NCBI GenBank assembly: GCA_051362555.1
Contig: CM120641.1
Span: forward strand, 32,122,401-32,186,400
Origin: Lingula anatina
Taxonomy: Eukaryota > Animalia > Brachiopoda
DNA: 64,000 nt
Reading direction: 5' to 3'
Under the pieces are notes generated by a model, which was not told the origin of the DNA, searched no databases, and worked only from the letters and a program-made list of their open reading frames with translations. This document shows positions 49,501-61,654 of the stretch, in pieces; the stretch's first letter is position 1, and every line of letters starts with the position of its first letter. Position numbers and translations under genes: made by a program.

Positions 49501-50015
49501 TATTTTCTACTTAAAAGATCTTTGATTCCTAGAATTTAACTATGAGAGAAAGTAACCACATAGTTACTTTTTTTTAAAGTATGAAATAAATCACAAAAAA
49601 AATATGCATGAATGAAAGAGATGAAATTTTTACTACTGCAAAATTTCTTTTTTTAGCAAAATCAGTGGAGAAGACGGCAGCAGCTGGTTCCAGCACCACC
49701 CAAGCTGAAGATACATATATGGATGTTGCCATGGAATCACAGCCAGAGGAAGCTCTGGAAGAGACATCTAACACCCAACCAATGGCCTCACTAGATATGG
49801 AAGACGATAACATGCTCACTTCACAGAGCTCTGAATTAGACTCAAAAGAAGGCAACGGAAATGATGTGGAAATTGAACAGGAAGGTCTTCATAGCACTAG
49901 AGAAGAAGCAGCGTCTGGTGTTAAGATTGATACCGAATTGAAAGATAGTTTGCCAAATAAAGAGAATCTTGATCATGAGGATGGTATACAGGATCAGGCA
50001 CAAGCCAGAATGTAA
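40555..50015 (+). CDS. MACROD2: Macrodomain ADP-ribose glycohydrolase, MACROD1/MACROD2 co-orthologue with MACROD2-like acidic tail (about 456 aa, 10 exons)
   Basis: Exons 40555-40813, 42157-42294, 43773-43907, 44214-44312, 45519-45539, 46191-46294, 47358-47388, 48060-48139, 49269-49413 and 49657-50015. Motifs [78 protein letters not shown]. The start may be 40555 or 40696, and the last intron needs a GC donor. Confidence 0.93.
41190..41310 (+). CDS. Candidate alternative first coding exon of the MACROD gene (MGIVLSC... lipidation-type N-terminus)
   Basis: ATG in strong context (attATGG) followed by 40 open codons ending in a phase-1 donor AAG|GTAAAT. This joins in frame to the phase-1 acceptor at 42157. 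Confidence 0.5.
42418..42853. mobile_element. hAT-like MITE in a MACROD intron
   Basis: TIR CAGATATGCTGAAA / TTTCAGCATGTCTG and repeated GGACCG/CGGTCC subterminal motifs. No clean TSD. Confidence 0.55.
44972..45440 (+). mobile_element. Degenerate Kolobok-like element
   Basis: Left flank TTAA, right flank TTCA. Imperfect TIR AGTGACACTTCATGGGAT / ATCCTATGGAGTTGGCCT. Contains TTACCCCAGGAAAATTCATTTT. Confidence 0.45.
46628..46728. repeat. ~52-bp tandem duplication
   Basis: TGAGATAATTAT..AAATGATAAA.GAAGGCCTGATGATGAAATCTTTCT occurs twice. Confidence 0.9.
48672..48920. mobile_element. Palindromic Harbinger-like MITE family B, copy 1
   Basis: ~100-bp inverted arms (TTCACATGGAAAATCTATTT...TCTTGTGATCACGGTCTGTGCCC), TAA/TGA flanks, near-identical to 57796-58052. 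Confidence 0.85.
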
Positions 50016-53000
50016 ACTCATTTAATTTACTTTCCATAACTCACAGCTACAAATATGGTCAAAAAAATTCAAGAATAGATATGGGGATGACATAGGCCAG
50101 AACCTAATACACATATCTGGACCTTGGCTGTAACTATGATATAATATAAATATAAGTTGTAAACTTGCTGCCTTAAAGGCCGTATCAATCATATGTTTTC
50201 CATTTTTTTTTTAAATCCTGTCCTTAATTGAAATGAATTGGAAGGAAAGTACTATGATAATTGGTTTACAGATGTTATGTATTATACATAATTGATTAAA
50301 CAATGAAATGAGGTTTGAATTTCCTTGAAATAATTTACATATTCTGGTAGCCTAGGATAAGAAAAAATCATTAGTATTGTTTTTATTATTACAGCAACTT
50401 GATGTTTCTTTTGTAAATAATCTGTATATGGGTGGTGATTAACAGTGCCCAGATAATAGACAAAGTGGGAAGTTAAAATGTATTGTGAAAAATAAAAACG
50501 TACCATGTGATTCAGTATTATTGCAATTCTATGGGTTGAATTAAATGTGTAAATGGAATATGTCTATTCATTTAGCAGTCATTTTGAAGTTCTACATATA
50601 AATAATGACTGCTGCAGATTGGTTTTCCTTCATTTTTTCATGTTTTAATGAAAGAATATTGTACAAGGGGTCAAATAAGCCTCAGTAAATTTCAGCAAGA
50701 AAGCCGAAACTTTTTTGACATGTGGAAATAATACATTCTCAGTGTTATTCTAGTCTAGTGATTTGTTTTTGTTACTGTAAACATAAACATATCTGAAATG
50801 CTAAACAATTATAGTGAATGGGATGAGTGATTAAAGTTTGATGAATTTTACTTGGGTAAAGAGCAATTTTCTCCTACTCACAATTTATTTTTCAACCCGT
50901 CGCTGCTCTTGAAATGGATGTCATATTCCTTTTTCATTTTATGACTTAGTTCTAAATGACTGGCCAGTCATTTAGAATGACGTGGTCTTCCTGATATTCA
51001 CCTTCATGGCCTCGCTTTCACACAGGAAATGGTGTGATGTTTTATATTGCAGCCCTGTACTGTGGACAATACAGATGTAAGCTGTCAAGGAGGCTGAGAA
51101 GACAGTGACACTCAATATGCCTCAGATAAACTTAAGATTTAAGGGTTTTAATCATCTTTAATTAATGCCTGGATAGAAGAAGAAACTGCTCAGAATAAGA
51201 ATATGACTAAGGGGAAATTTTTAATGCATGGAGAGTACCTTTATGTCAGTTTAAATTATTTCCATTTGACCATTTCAACTATCTTCTTAATAGCCAAAGA
51301 TGTATAACATGACAACAGATGTGCTGCTATTGTCTATTTGTCAGTAAAAATAGTGAGAGACAGAGACTTGGTGGTGAAGGTAACAAAATATTATTTTTTT
51401 CTGTTACATAGGGAACAGGGCATCCAAGGTCATTTGGACACTTTTTAAGGCTCTTAATGTTTAAAACCTCACTTATGATATAGTATAAAGTACATATTTT
51501 ATTGTGTAGAGAAAAGTTTTTGTCAGTGAAAAGGCTCATTTTGTTTGTTGATTTTTTATGAAATCAGCAGAGTTATAGAGATATTTGACATTAAAAAGTT
51601 TTCAAGTGATTTGTTAGTTTTCTGTCAAAATGTTCTGTATATTGTTTTTGTTTGCTAACTAAATTCAGAATAATTAAAGATACTGAATTTTTTATGGTCT
51701 TGCTTTATTGTTGCATTACATGGTTACAACACCCTAAAACAGTAATCACTCAAAGGATGCTTAAGTATATTCCCAAATCCCATCAGTAAGCATGCTGTTC
51801 CATCTTGGTTTTAAGTCAATAATTTAAAGTGTTCTGTCAACTTTAAAGGAATTCTGTAAATCGGTGTTGATATTTTTGACCATCTGATATATTCAAGTTT
51901 GTCTCGTGTATGGTGACTGAAAAACTGGATTAACATCAGAATTCTCTGCCGTCAAAAGAGATGGACTGAATTTATCTGCCCAACAGAATACAATTATTCA
52001 GGTAAAAGCCAAAATGTTGATATCCGAACATGGTTAATAACCTTCGAGGCAAGGTATCAAAGAACCCACATCTAAAGAATAAAATTTGGCATCAGTCCAC
52101 GTTATAGTATTACCATGTGAAACCAATATAATCAAACTTTGCAAAATTTTTTTTCAACCTCAATGTGCAATTTGTGTATGATGTTTAATACAGTCTGTGG
52201 CATTTAAAACACTATCCCCAAGCTAAATGCTAGTAAACAAATAAGCTGGACAGGCAAAACTTTGTAGATTTGTGCAGTCACTGGCTGGTCATTATTTTTC
52301 TTTTGTGCTAGTAGATTCTTAGAAGCTTTTATAGTTTTTTTTTTTTTTTTTTTCATAAGCTATTAAATCATAAACATTGCAGCAGGAGTGCTAGGATGAA
52401 CACAGGTACAACTAGCACACCTGGAGCATTCAGAACACCAGTACGAAGATGCCAGCAAATGTTCTTGGACATAATTATTTGCCTTGTGATTTTAGAAATA
52501 AACAAAGGAACGTTAACTTTCATATACATTAACCTTTTCTTGATATATATATATATATTTACATTTCATTGTTATATTTTGAATTTTATGTAGAAATTTA
52601 TGTGCATGCCCTATATGCGTCATTTGCAGTGGAACTGGGTTCCGTCCTTTTCACATCCAGCAGAACAATCTGGGACGGATTGAGAACGTCTTCTGGGTCT
52701 TCTGGAAGACGGTCAGATTTCAAAGTTAACATTGACGGGTATCTATTTTTTATGTTGGAAGACCGTCAAAAGGGAGGATGGATCAACAAAGATAATTTGG
52801 AAGACTGTCAGAAAATATCTCTGGATCCGACCCTGACAATGTGTATAAGTATTGAAATACTCAGGGATACAGACAATTTACTAGTAGTCTGGCTGTTAGC
52901 TAAGAGAATCCTCTAAATGACACTTGACACAGCCAGTTAATCATAACTATATCTAATGATACAGCAGCATATTAGTGCATGTACTTCACCCAAACGTCTT

Positions 53001-54439
53001 GTGAAAGCTAGCTGTGAAAGGGAGTGAAATTATCTGAAGCATAATTACTTTAATTCTTTGATAATGATTTATCAAAGTATTTCAGTACCAATATGTGTAC
53101 AATTCAATGTGATAAGGGCCTTACACAAATGATAATTATATATGGTACAAAATTTGCCAGTTCAGGTGAAGTAAAAAAAAAAAATAACAAGGAATATGTA
53201 CAACTGTATAAGGTTGCATATAAACTACTGTAGTCAAAATTTTAAAAAGAAAAGAAATAGATTCATAAAAAAAGATTGTCTTTCTTCCAGCAAGAAGATT
53301 TTTGTTCTCTGGATACATCAAAACATTGAATAAATAAGAAGGTATCTTTAAAAACCTGTATGAATAGACCTTTTCTCCCTCTATAATTTACATAATGGCC
53401 TTATCTAAAAGAAACAACAATAAAATGTACTGCTGTATGGAAGGTCTAGGGCTCTTGCCATCATCTGAAAAGGGGAAATTAAACAGGAAATCAAATGTTG
53501 CAACTTCATGGAGACATTTATTAGTATTCAGTAAGTCTTTTTGAAACATCCAAATGACTTAACTTTCTCTCAAAAGACAGTCAAATGAAGTGAATACATC
53601 TCTGGTTGAATTTTAATTAAAAATCAGTATCATAAACTTAGTAACAAATTAAACTTAGTAATAAAATTACTTTAGTATTTTTAAATAAATTCCTAAAAAT
53701 AATGAGTATGTATGCCATAGCATACACAAGGCAATTTTATTATATATATCAAGAAAGTAAACAGATTTTAGTCAATTTCTTATTATCTATTTTATTTTAT
53801 TTCTATTAATTAATTACTGTTATTTTTTGCATACTACTGTAGTAACGTTATAGACTAGTGATAGATCAAGATGACAGCTGAGCATGTGTCCACGCATTTG
53901 ATGAAAATGAAATTAAAGAGGCTAAAATGTTATGGTACATAATGTATTTCTGATGTATAAAACTTTGAATATGACCATGTTTTATAATTTCAGGAAAATA
54001 ATATTATATAGTTAATTTCTTAAAATCCATTTAAAATATGAGAATCCAACCCCCCCCCCCCCCACACACACACACACATACAAAAATACTAAAAATCGTT
54101 AAAGTTTAAAACCGTGGGCATAAATTTGCCCCGTAAGTTTAACGAGGATACTGCAATTAAGTCAGCATTTAAGCCCATTACAATGATCAACAAAATACTC
54201 CCAAAAAGCTTTGCCTCAGACTGGTGAAGGAAATAACGACTGCTCCCTGACTAACATTGATTTCTGCATGGTCTACCAGAACCTATGGTACAACCTGTAC
54301 AACCATATAGAAGCGGCTAAATATTAAACCAGAAAGACAGAAATCAACATTATTAACGCACTTTAAATGTTATGCATGGTGGGTTTTCCCTCAACATGTA
54401 ATGATAAATAAGACCTGCTCCCTATCGTAGCCTTGCAAG

Positions 54440-54530
54440 TGCCCGGATGTTTTCAACACTCAAGATTCAAGATGGCGACAGTTGAAGGGGTTTGAAGCTG
54501 GGATATTTTATCTATTATTTCAAAAGACTG
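54440..54530 (+). promoter_or_regulatory. Probable promoter and non-coding first exon of a gene extending beyond the window
   Basis: Local CpG enrichment, CCGGATGT ETS-like site, CAAGATGGCG YY1 motif at 54468, donor CTG|GTAAGC at 54531. No recognisable coding exon downstream. Confidence 0.5.
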
Positions 54531-56076
54531 GTAAGCACTGGCGATATTTTAGGAGCATAATCATAAATCATCCGTAAAAACTTACCGTTGAGTATAGATA
54601 TGAGCATGGGAAAGGTTAATGTGTAGGGCTTGAAAAAGTTTCAAGTTTGACCTACTTTGTCGGTAAGTGCACTTTTGAAATGCGAGCAGGTGCCCGCCCA
54701 TTAATGCCCTATGTAGCAAAGTTTCAAGAAAATTTGGGATCATTTTCGTAAAACAAGTCAATTTTCAGATCGCATGCTTAAACAAAATTGTGTGATATTT
54801 TTGTATGAGCCCATTCTTGAAAGAGTTATATTATGTACGTGAGTTGGCATAGTATTTAGTAGTAGTCACCGTTTCTCGTGGAATGCATATTATTATCAGC
54901 CATCGACTGTGAATCATCGACCAGACACTACGACAATTACAGTTATTTACCCCCTCATGTTTTAAAATTTATTTATAAAGTGCCACAAAAAATTTTAATG
55001 TCTAAATAATGTCTGAAATATCTGATTGTGTCGATCGGTTGAGTAAACTGTATGATTGGTGCAGTGTACTAAATCCAAAGTTTCTATGCTTCATCAAAAA
55101 CTTCTGTGGTAATGATTTATGACTCCTTTTGAAGATAAATGCCTTGCTCTAACAATGGCTGTCTGAGAATGAGATTTATAAGGACAAAACAATGTTTAAT
55201 ATATGAAAGCTTCTCTTATTGAGACTTCTAAAATTGATATCTGTATTTCCATCCAAATTTAATAATCTTTGTGTACAGTTCCTCCTATGCACCATTTTAA
55301 AAAGTGAAAACATGGCATATGAATAATAATAGCCTTCTTTATTTTCAAAGCTATTTAGATCTACATTGAGTTTACTGTAAAAGTTATTATCTGTGTACTG
55401 ATCCACACAAGTATGCTGTTATTATGTTTGTTTGCCTTGTGTTACAATAGACAATTTCTGAAGTACTAGCTAGTATTAAGAGAGTACATGAAACTACAGT
55501 TTTCCTTGTAGCTATAATTGATTGTACAGAAGGCTGTTGATATTTTTGAATTGCCATTTCAAGTATGTGTTATATCTAGACAAATGTCTGAACTCTGCTT
55601 AACTGCAAAATATTACTTCAAAATTACTTCTTATTTCAGATAATAAAAGTTATTTTGTATGTTGTCCAATCAAAAAAGTGAAAAAGCAGGCATGCCTCCC
55701 TGCTCTTTTTACATTATTAGGATTTAAGTTTGTTTGTTTTTTATTAGAGAAAAATGTGGATTATAGATCATAACATCATGTTATCATATTATAAAATCTG
55801 TCTCTGCAAGCTCTTTAATCTGGGATCGTATGTGCTTGATGTTGCACTCATTTTTTGCCATCAAACTGTCACCAGTAGGACAAATCTTAATGAGAGCTGC
55901 TGGTTGATGTCAACTCTCAAAATTGGTGAAAGCATTAATGCTAATTAGCAGACTTGCAAATTGATTTGGTTCTAAATGACTGGCCAATCATTTAGAACTC
56001 CAGGCCTTCAGGTACATTTCATAAGGAACTATAGATGTCTGTCAAGCACTTTCATTTGAAAGGTTTTTAGATTTAA

Positions 56077-56416
56077 AGGGATAATGACTCTTCATATGAG
56101 ATCTATATTTCATAGTAAAAACATTGTGAACAACTCATAGAAATAAAACATATTCTGTTTTACCACAAAAACAGCAGTTACAGCTATTATTCTGATATCT
56201 GAGCTTGTCTTTAAAGTTTAGACCATGTTACCTCCATTGATGGCTATACTCCGTTATAATCTCTTAAGAGATTATAAAAAAAAAACTTTTTAGAAAAAAA
56301 ACAGGGACTAACTTTTAATGTAAAAATGGATTCATTAACATTTGGTAAATATGGGAAAATTGTTGTTTGCTCTAGGAAAATTCATTTTTTGTCCAGAACG
56401 AAGAGTTATTATCCCT
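56077..56416 (+). mobile_element. Kolobok-like MITE family A, copy 2
   Basis: TTAA flanks, TIR AGGGATAATGACTCTTC / GAAGAGTTATTATCCCT. Colinear with 61318-61654. Confidence 0.85.
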
Positions 56417-57275
56417 TTAATGGTCCGACTTGGAATCAGTTAGTAGCTTTGCAGAATATGTTGGCATAGAAAATATGACTTTGGGAAATTTTCAAATGTG
56501 TATAGTACACCTTTGAGATAAATTATCATATTTTGATAGTGGCAACAAAAGACCTTTTATAATCTTTTCTTTTGTTTATAAATAATATATAGAAAACACA
56601 CGGACTGCTCTAAAATATATCGGCTGCAGTTGGCTATTTATAGTAGTTCAAGCATTGACCTAATTACCCCAAAACTAAAGCATTAAATTCCCTGTCTCAG
56701 ATCAGGGAATTATATATTGGATATAATTCCCTGTTCAGATTAACATGATTGAATAGCTAGCTAAGCAGCAATCACCTAATTGAATTAAGGGCTAGTTAAG
56801 ATGGATTAAGTACCCAAATTAAATACATTCTGGATACATTATCGGAAATTAGGTCTGTAGTTGGCTTTTTATATACCCATTTGCCTTACTGTGTTATTTG
56901 TACGTTGCCTGCCTAAGTCCATGTTCTAGCTTATACTACTTCATCCATTTCTGTTTTATAGTTTGGTACTGGCTTTGTATTGAAATTTTTATTATCACTG
57001 CAGTATTGCACAAAAATTATTATTATTACCATAACTTAAGTATTTTTTATGTAATGAGGGTATAAGTTCTATTTATATCCTAATTTTTAGCTGTGGGTAC
57101 TTAAGTTTGGCAGAGGATGACTAGCCATTTTAGCCATAGACCATAATACTTCTAGATAATTTATTGCACACTTTTTCCTTGCTCACTCATTTGTGTGATG
57201 CGACAGGACTTTCCTGTGCACTGGGCTGCACTCACAACAGAATAAAAAAGTTCCCTAAGCCAAGTACACACTTAA

Positions 57276-57791
57276 AGGAATAACAACTCTTCATTTTGGT
57301 GGGAAAAGTGCCATAAAACAGATTTCCCTGTGGTAAACAATGATTTTCCCTTACTTCCCAGTGGTTAATGAATCCGTTCCTATATTCGAAGTTAGTGAAT
57401 TGTTTTAAAAGTTTTTTTTTTTTTTTGTAATTTATTATCTCTAAAGAGATTATTGCAGGGGTTAGCCATCTATGAAGGTCCACATGGTCCAATGACAAGC
57501 ACACTGACAGTTTTCAGAATAATTGTGATTAAACACTGTTGTATTTTTGTGTTGCTTACGTATTCAGAACAGAGGGCTAACAGATCCGCGGAGCAAATAT
57601 GGCCTGCCTTCTTGATGCGTGTTGCGTTATCCCTACAGGGAACCTATTTAGTGTCTAATTAAATTGGGAATTAAGCAGCAAGCTTTTTAGTGTGTTGCCA
57701 TATTTGATCCATGATCTGTTTGTCCACTGTTCTGAATGTGTTCAATGTATGTATTGTGGAATTTTGAATCATATGAAGAGTTGTTGTTCCT
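57276..57791 (-). mobile_element. Kolobok-like MITE family A, copy 3 (longer internal region)
   Basis: TTAA flanks, TIR AGGAATAACAACTCTTCAT / ATGAAGAGTTGTTGTTCCT, and the shared subterminal block in reverse orientation. Confidence 0.75.
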
Positions 57792-57795
57792 TTAA

Positions 57796-58052
57796 GGGAC
57801 CGTTCACATGGAAAATCTATTTTCTAAAAATCTAAAAATCTATTTGCGGTATCTTGTGATCACGGTCTGTGCCCTGAATACCCCACGGCGTAATTACAGG
57901 CAGCACGAGCCAGTTACTTCCAAAGCTGTTATAAATTCTCTGCGTTGCCAGTAATTACACCGCGGGGTATTCAGGGCACAGACCGTGATCACTAGATACC
58001 CCCAATAGATTTTTAGATTTTTAGAAAATAGATTTTTCATGTGAACGGTCCC
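57796..58052. mobile_element. Palindromic Harbinger-like MITE family B, copy 2
   Basis: TIR GGGACCGTTCACATG / CATGTGAACGGTCCC, TAA duplication, long hairpin. Confidence 0.9.
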
Positions 58053-58195
58053 TAAGTTTATCACCCCCTAGCTGCCCAAGGATGCATGTCATTCAATTAA
58101 CATGATTGCATATCAGTGAGAGCTCTTGTGGAGTTGGATTGATTTACCTAGTTTGATAGTTTTATTGGGAATGCATCCTTTGATTCCTTATTAAT

Positions 58196-58264
58196 ATATA
58201 TATATGACTTATTTGCACACCTTGTAATATTGAGAACCAAATTCACTCCGTTTTTCTCATCCTT

Positions 58265-58307
<43 letters not shown>

Positions 58308-58363
58308 CTTATTTGCACAACTTGTAATGTTGAGAACCAAATTCACTCCGTTTTTCTCATCCT
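58196..58363. repeat. ~100-bp tandem duplication around a (TA)n/(TG)n microsatellite
   Basis: GACTTATTTGCACA.CTTGTAAT.TTGAGAACCAAATTCACTCCGTTTTTCTCATCCT occurs at 58206 and 58306. Confidence 0.9.
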
Positions 58364-60050
58364 ATTTAGATTCCATAATACCATGCAGAGGCTGTCTAAA
58401 ACCCACCTCTGGTGTCTGGAGGAGTACATGTGGTCTAAAACAGCATTGTAGTAGATCAAGTGTCTTTTTCCTTCCATAAACATGTTTCTTCTCCCCAGGT
58501 TGTCTTGGGCTTGAAGGGAAAGAATGTGAACTGGCTGCCAGTAGAACTAGTAGTTTTTTGGGTGCTTGTGCATTGATGGTCAGATTGGCAATAACAAGAG
58601 TTAGGCTTTTTTGAGTGGCTGGATTAAATTGGATCTGACAATATGGCTGTTCACAATGAACTTTACTTTTCAGTTCTAAAAAAATTATCTTCAGAACAAA
58701 CTTGTTGGTTTCTTGAACAGTTCATGTGAATGTCCAAAACAAATGATACACTTGAACTTGGCATATGCTAAAACTTAATTTGCAGTCTGGGCTGTAGGTG
58801 AAAAAGAGCATGTAAAATATGAGCAAAGATAAAGAAACTTCTACTAGTATGCATGTAAATACTACAGAAGCAATCATAAGATTTTGAGTTATGATGCACA
58901 TTAATTATCTTGTTTACAGAAGTTGTCCTCTGAAAAGATTCACACTTAGGGCCCATTTAAAACCTAAATGAGTAAAATCTGTGTTGCAATATGCTTCATC
59001 TTATTTCTACTGGACCACAGACAGAGAAATAATATAATTTGTGAGATTTTGTAAGAGATCTACCGTGTTAGAGCACTTGTCACTCCCCCTGCCCCAGTCA
59101 TTTGCTGCCTTGTATTCTGGGTGAGCAGTGGCAGTGCATTAAATATTTATACAGAAGTTTTGATTAACACCTCGTCTATTGGAATGAGTTGAATGCCAGC
59201 ACACTTTACCTTAACATACTTTTCTTATGTTGTGGTAATATTGATGGTATTATAAGATGCATTTGGACAATTGTGGTTTAGCACCAGTATTGACTGACAA
59301 AGAAAACACGTGAAAGCACACTGGGCTGTATTTGTTCATGAAGAGACAGTTGAGTAATTCGTTTGATGCACCTTTTATTCAACTAGACAGGAAGACACTG
59401 ATAAATGCTGGGTTTTCCATGTCTTTTCTGCTCTTAAAAAAGAATGCAGTAAGAAGTAGATTTACTCAGAAGAGGGACACTTAAAGGAGAGGAAGCATTT
59501 CTTGAAAAAGGAAACTTTTCTTGTATCTGAAAAGTGTTAAATATTTATTCACTCCCCCCAGTGTTTCTTCATTTATTTGATTTATGGATCTGAATTTTGG
59601 CTGCCAAGTGAAAAATAATTTGTGCAATTGTGTTAAAGTCTCATTACAGTGAGTCTAAACAGTGTAGGGAAGATATTTTCTGCCTTTGAATAGTTTGTTT
59701 CTTAGACAAAAGATGACAATTTAGAAAGAAATATAACATGACAATATTCAATACTATTTTGAACTTGGCCTGTCTAGGTGCTATCAGCTTACCCTGTCTC
59801 TGTCATCTAGGTCACAGATACCATCTCTCTCATATCATAGGGCCTATGTGTATTCCGACAGAACACAGTTATGTTACATACTGTATACTGACATGCTTTG
59901 TTCAAGTGTGTGCATGTGTATGACCAGTAAGTTTACTGTTGGCATGTTTAATAAAACACTAGATTTATATCATGTTATACGTACACATACAACCTCTAGA
60001 CCTGCATATGTCATAGGTGTTTGAAGTGCGTTTTATTAGTTTCCTGGAAT

Positions 60051-60094
<44 letters not shown>

Positions 60095-61317
60095 GAAGAA
60101 TTATAGAAAGATTAGTCATACTCCTTGCTTTATATGGTCTGCTTGCTCTTGCCTGTCAAAGTCACCTTTCTGGTGCATAACTTAATACAGGGTCCCAGGT
60201 CACAAATATGCAGTTGTCATATGTAATTTCAGAGTGCATGAAATATATATATATTCATGACTGTAATCCCTGGCCCCTGGCACTAGAAGAAGTAGAGGAT
60301 ATCTAGGCAGAAGCATATATAGCTTGTGCTTTATGTAACCTGGGGGGAAATTCACAAATGAGTTTTTAAGACTAAAAATTTTTGAGTTTTTGGATACATT
60401 TCCTTAGTAAACCACTTAAATAGGGTGACTTTTGGTTTAAAACATAAGCCATGCTTTGAATGGCCAATGAGTAAGGCATTGGCCTGTAGCATACAATGTG
60501 TGTGCATGCCTGCATGTGGGCTTGTTTTGCCATTGTGAGATGGATCTTTACATTCCACATTACTTAATAATTTCCTCACATTTTGAACTTTACAAATTTG
60601 AAAATATTGATCTCCTTTTGTCATTTTCTTGGGTTCTCCCCGTTAATTCCCAGGACCTCTTTTTGTCTCTCTTTTATGCCATTTTATATGTAGTTGCCCT
60701 GAAATATATAAGTGCCCTGCAGATGCTAAGATTGATGTACTTGTTGCAGTTGTGATTGATAACTTTGTATACTTCAAAACGAGTGTACTGCAACAGGTCT
60801 GGAGAATTGCTAAGAGGCAATACTACAAGTGACTGCAGGTCCTCTTTGATTGATGAGATTGTCCCAACAATAGGCAGCTGTGTGTGTGTGGACAAGGTCA
60901 TATGCACTTTGATGATAGTCCTAAAAAAAAAGAAGAATGAAAGAGCAAAACAAAAAGAGGAGGGGGTGGTGGTAAAGAATTTTACTGAAACTGATGTTGA
61001 AATCCAAGTATTGTAAACAATCAGAATCAGTGGGGGCAAAGGATTGTAAACAAAATGGTTGAAGGTAAATATAAAGGGATCTTGTATACAGTTATTGTGT
61101 TAATTGAGCAATAAAATAGTTTTCTGCAGCCAATATGTACAATATTTCCCTTTGAAAAATCTCTCAAAATGATAAATATCCTGGGCAGAAAGATTGTACC
61201 TTCCAAGAAAATCTAACCTTACATTCATTTTGTAAAAATATGAACATGGAAGTGAAATATATAGAATTTAATGATGACAAAAAGAATAATTCACAGTGAC
61301 AGTCAGATGGTCATTAA

Positions 61318-61654
61318 AGGCATAATAACTCTTTGTATGAGACCTATATTTCACAATAAAAACCTTGTGAATAACTCATAGAAATATAATATATTCTGTT
61401 TTACCACAAAAACAGCAGTTATAGCTTTTATTCTGATATTTGAACTTGTCTTTAGACCACGTGACCTCCATTGATTTCTATACTCTGTTAAAATCTCTTA
61501 AGAGATTTTAACAAAAAACCAAACTTTTTAGAAAAAAACCAGGGACTAACTTTGAATGTAAAAATGGATTCATTAACCATTGGTAAGTATGGGAAAATTG
61601 TTGTTTACTCCAGGAAAATTCATTTTTTGGCCGAAACGAAGAGTTATTATTGCT
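61318..61654 (+). mobile_element. Kolobok-like MITE family A, copy 4
   Basis: TTAA flanks, TIR AGGCATAATAACTCTT / AAGAGTTATTATTGCT. High identity to 56077-56416 along its length. Confidence 0.85.

Noticed and set aside
40814-49656. Nested FLRT gene as in vertebrate MACROD1/2 introns
   Set aside because: All introns are under 1.5 kb and contain no LRR ORF.
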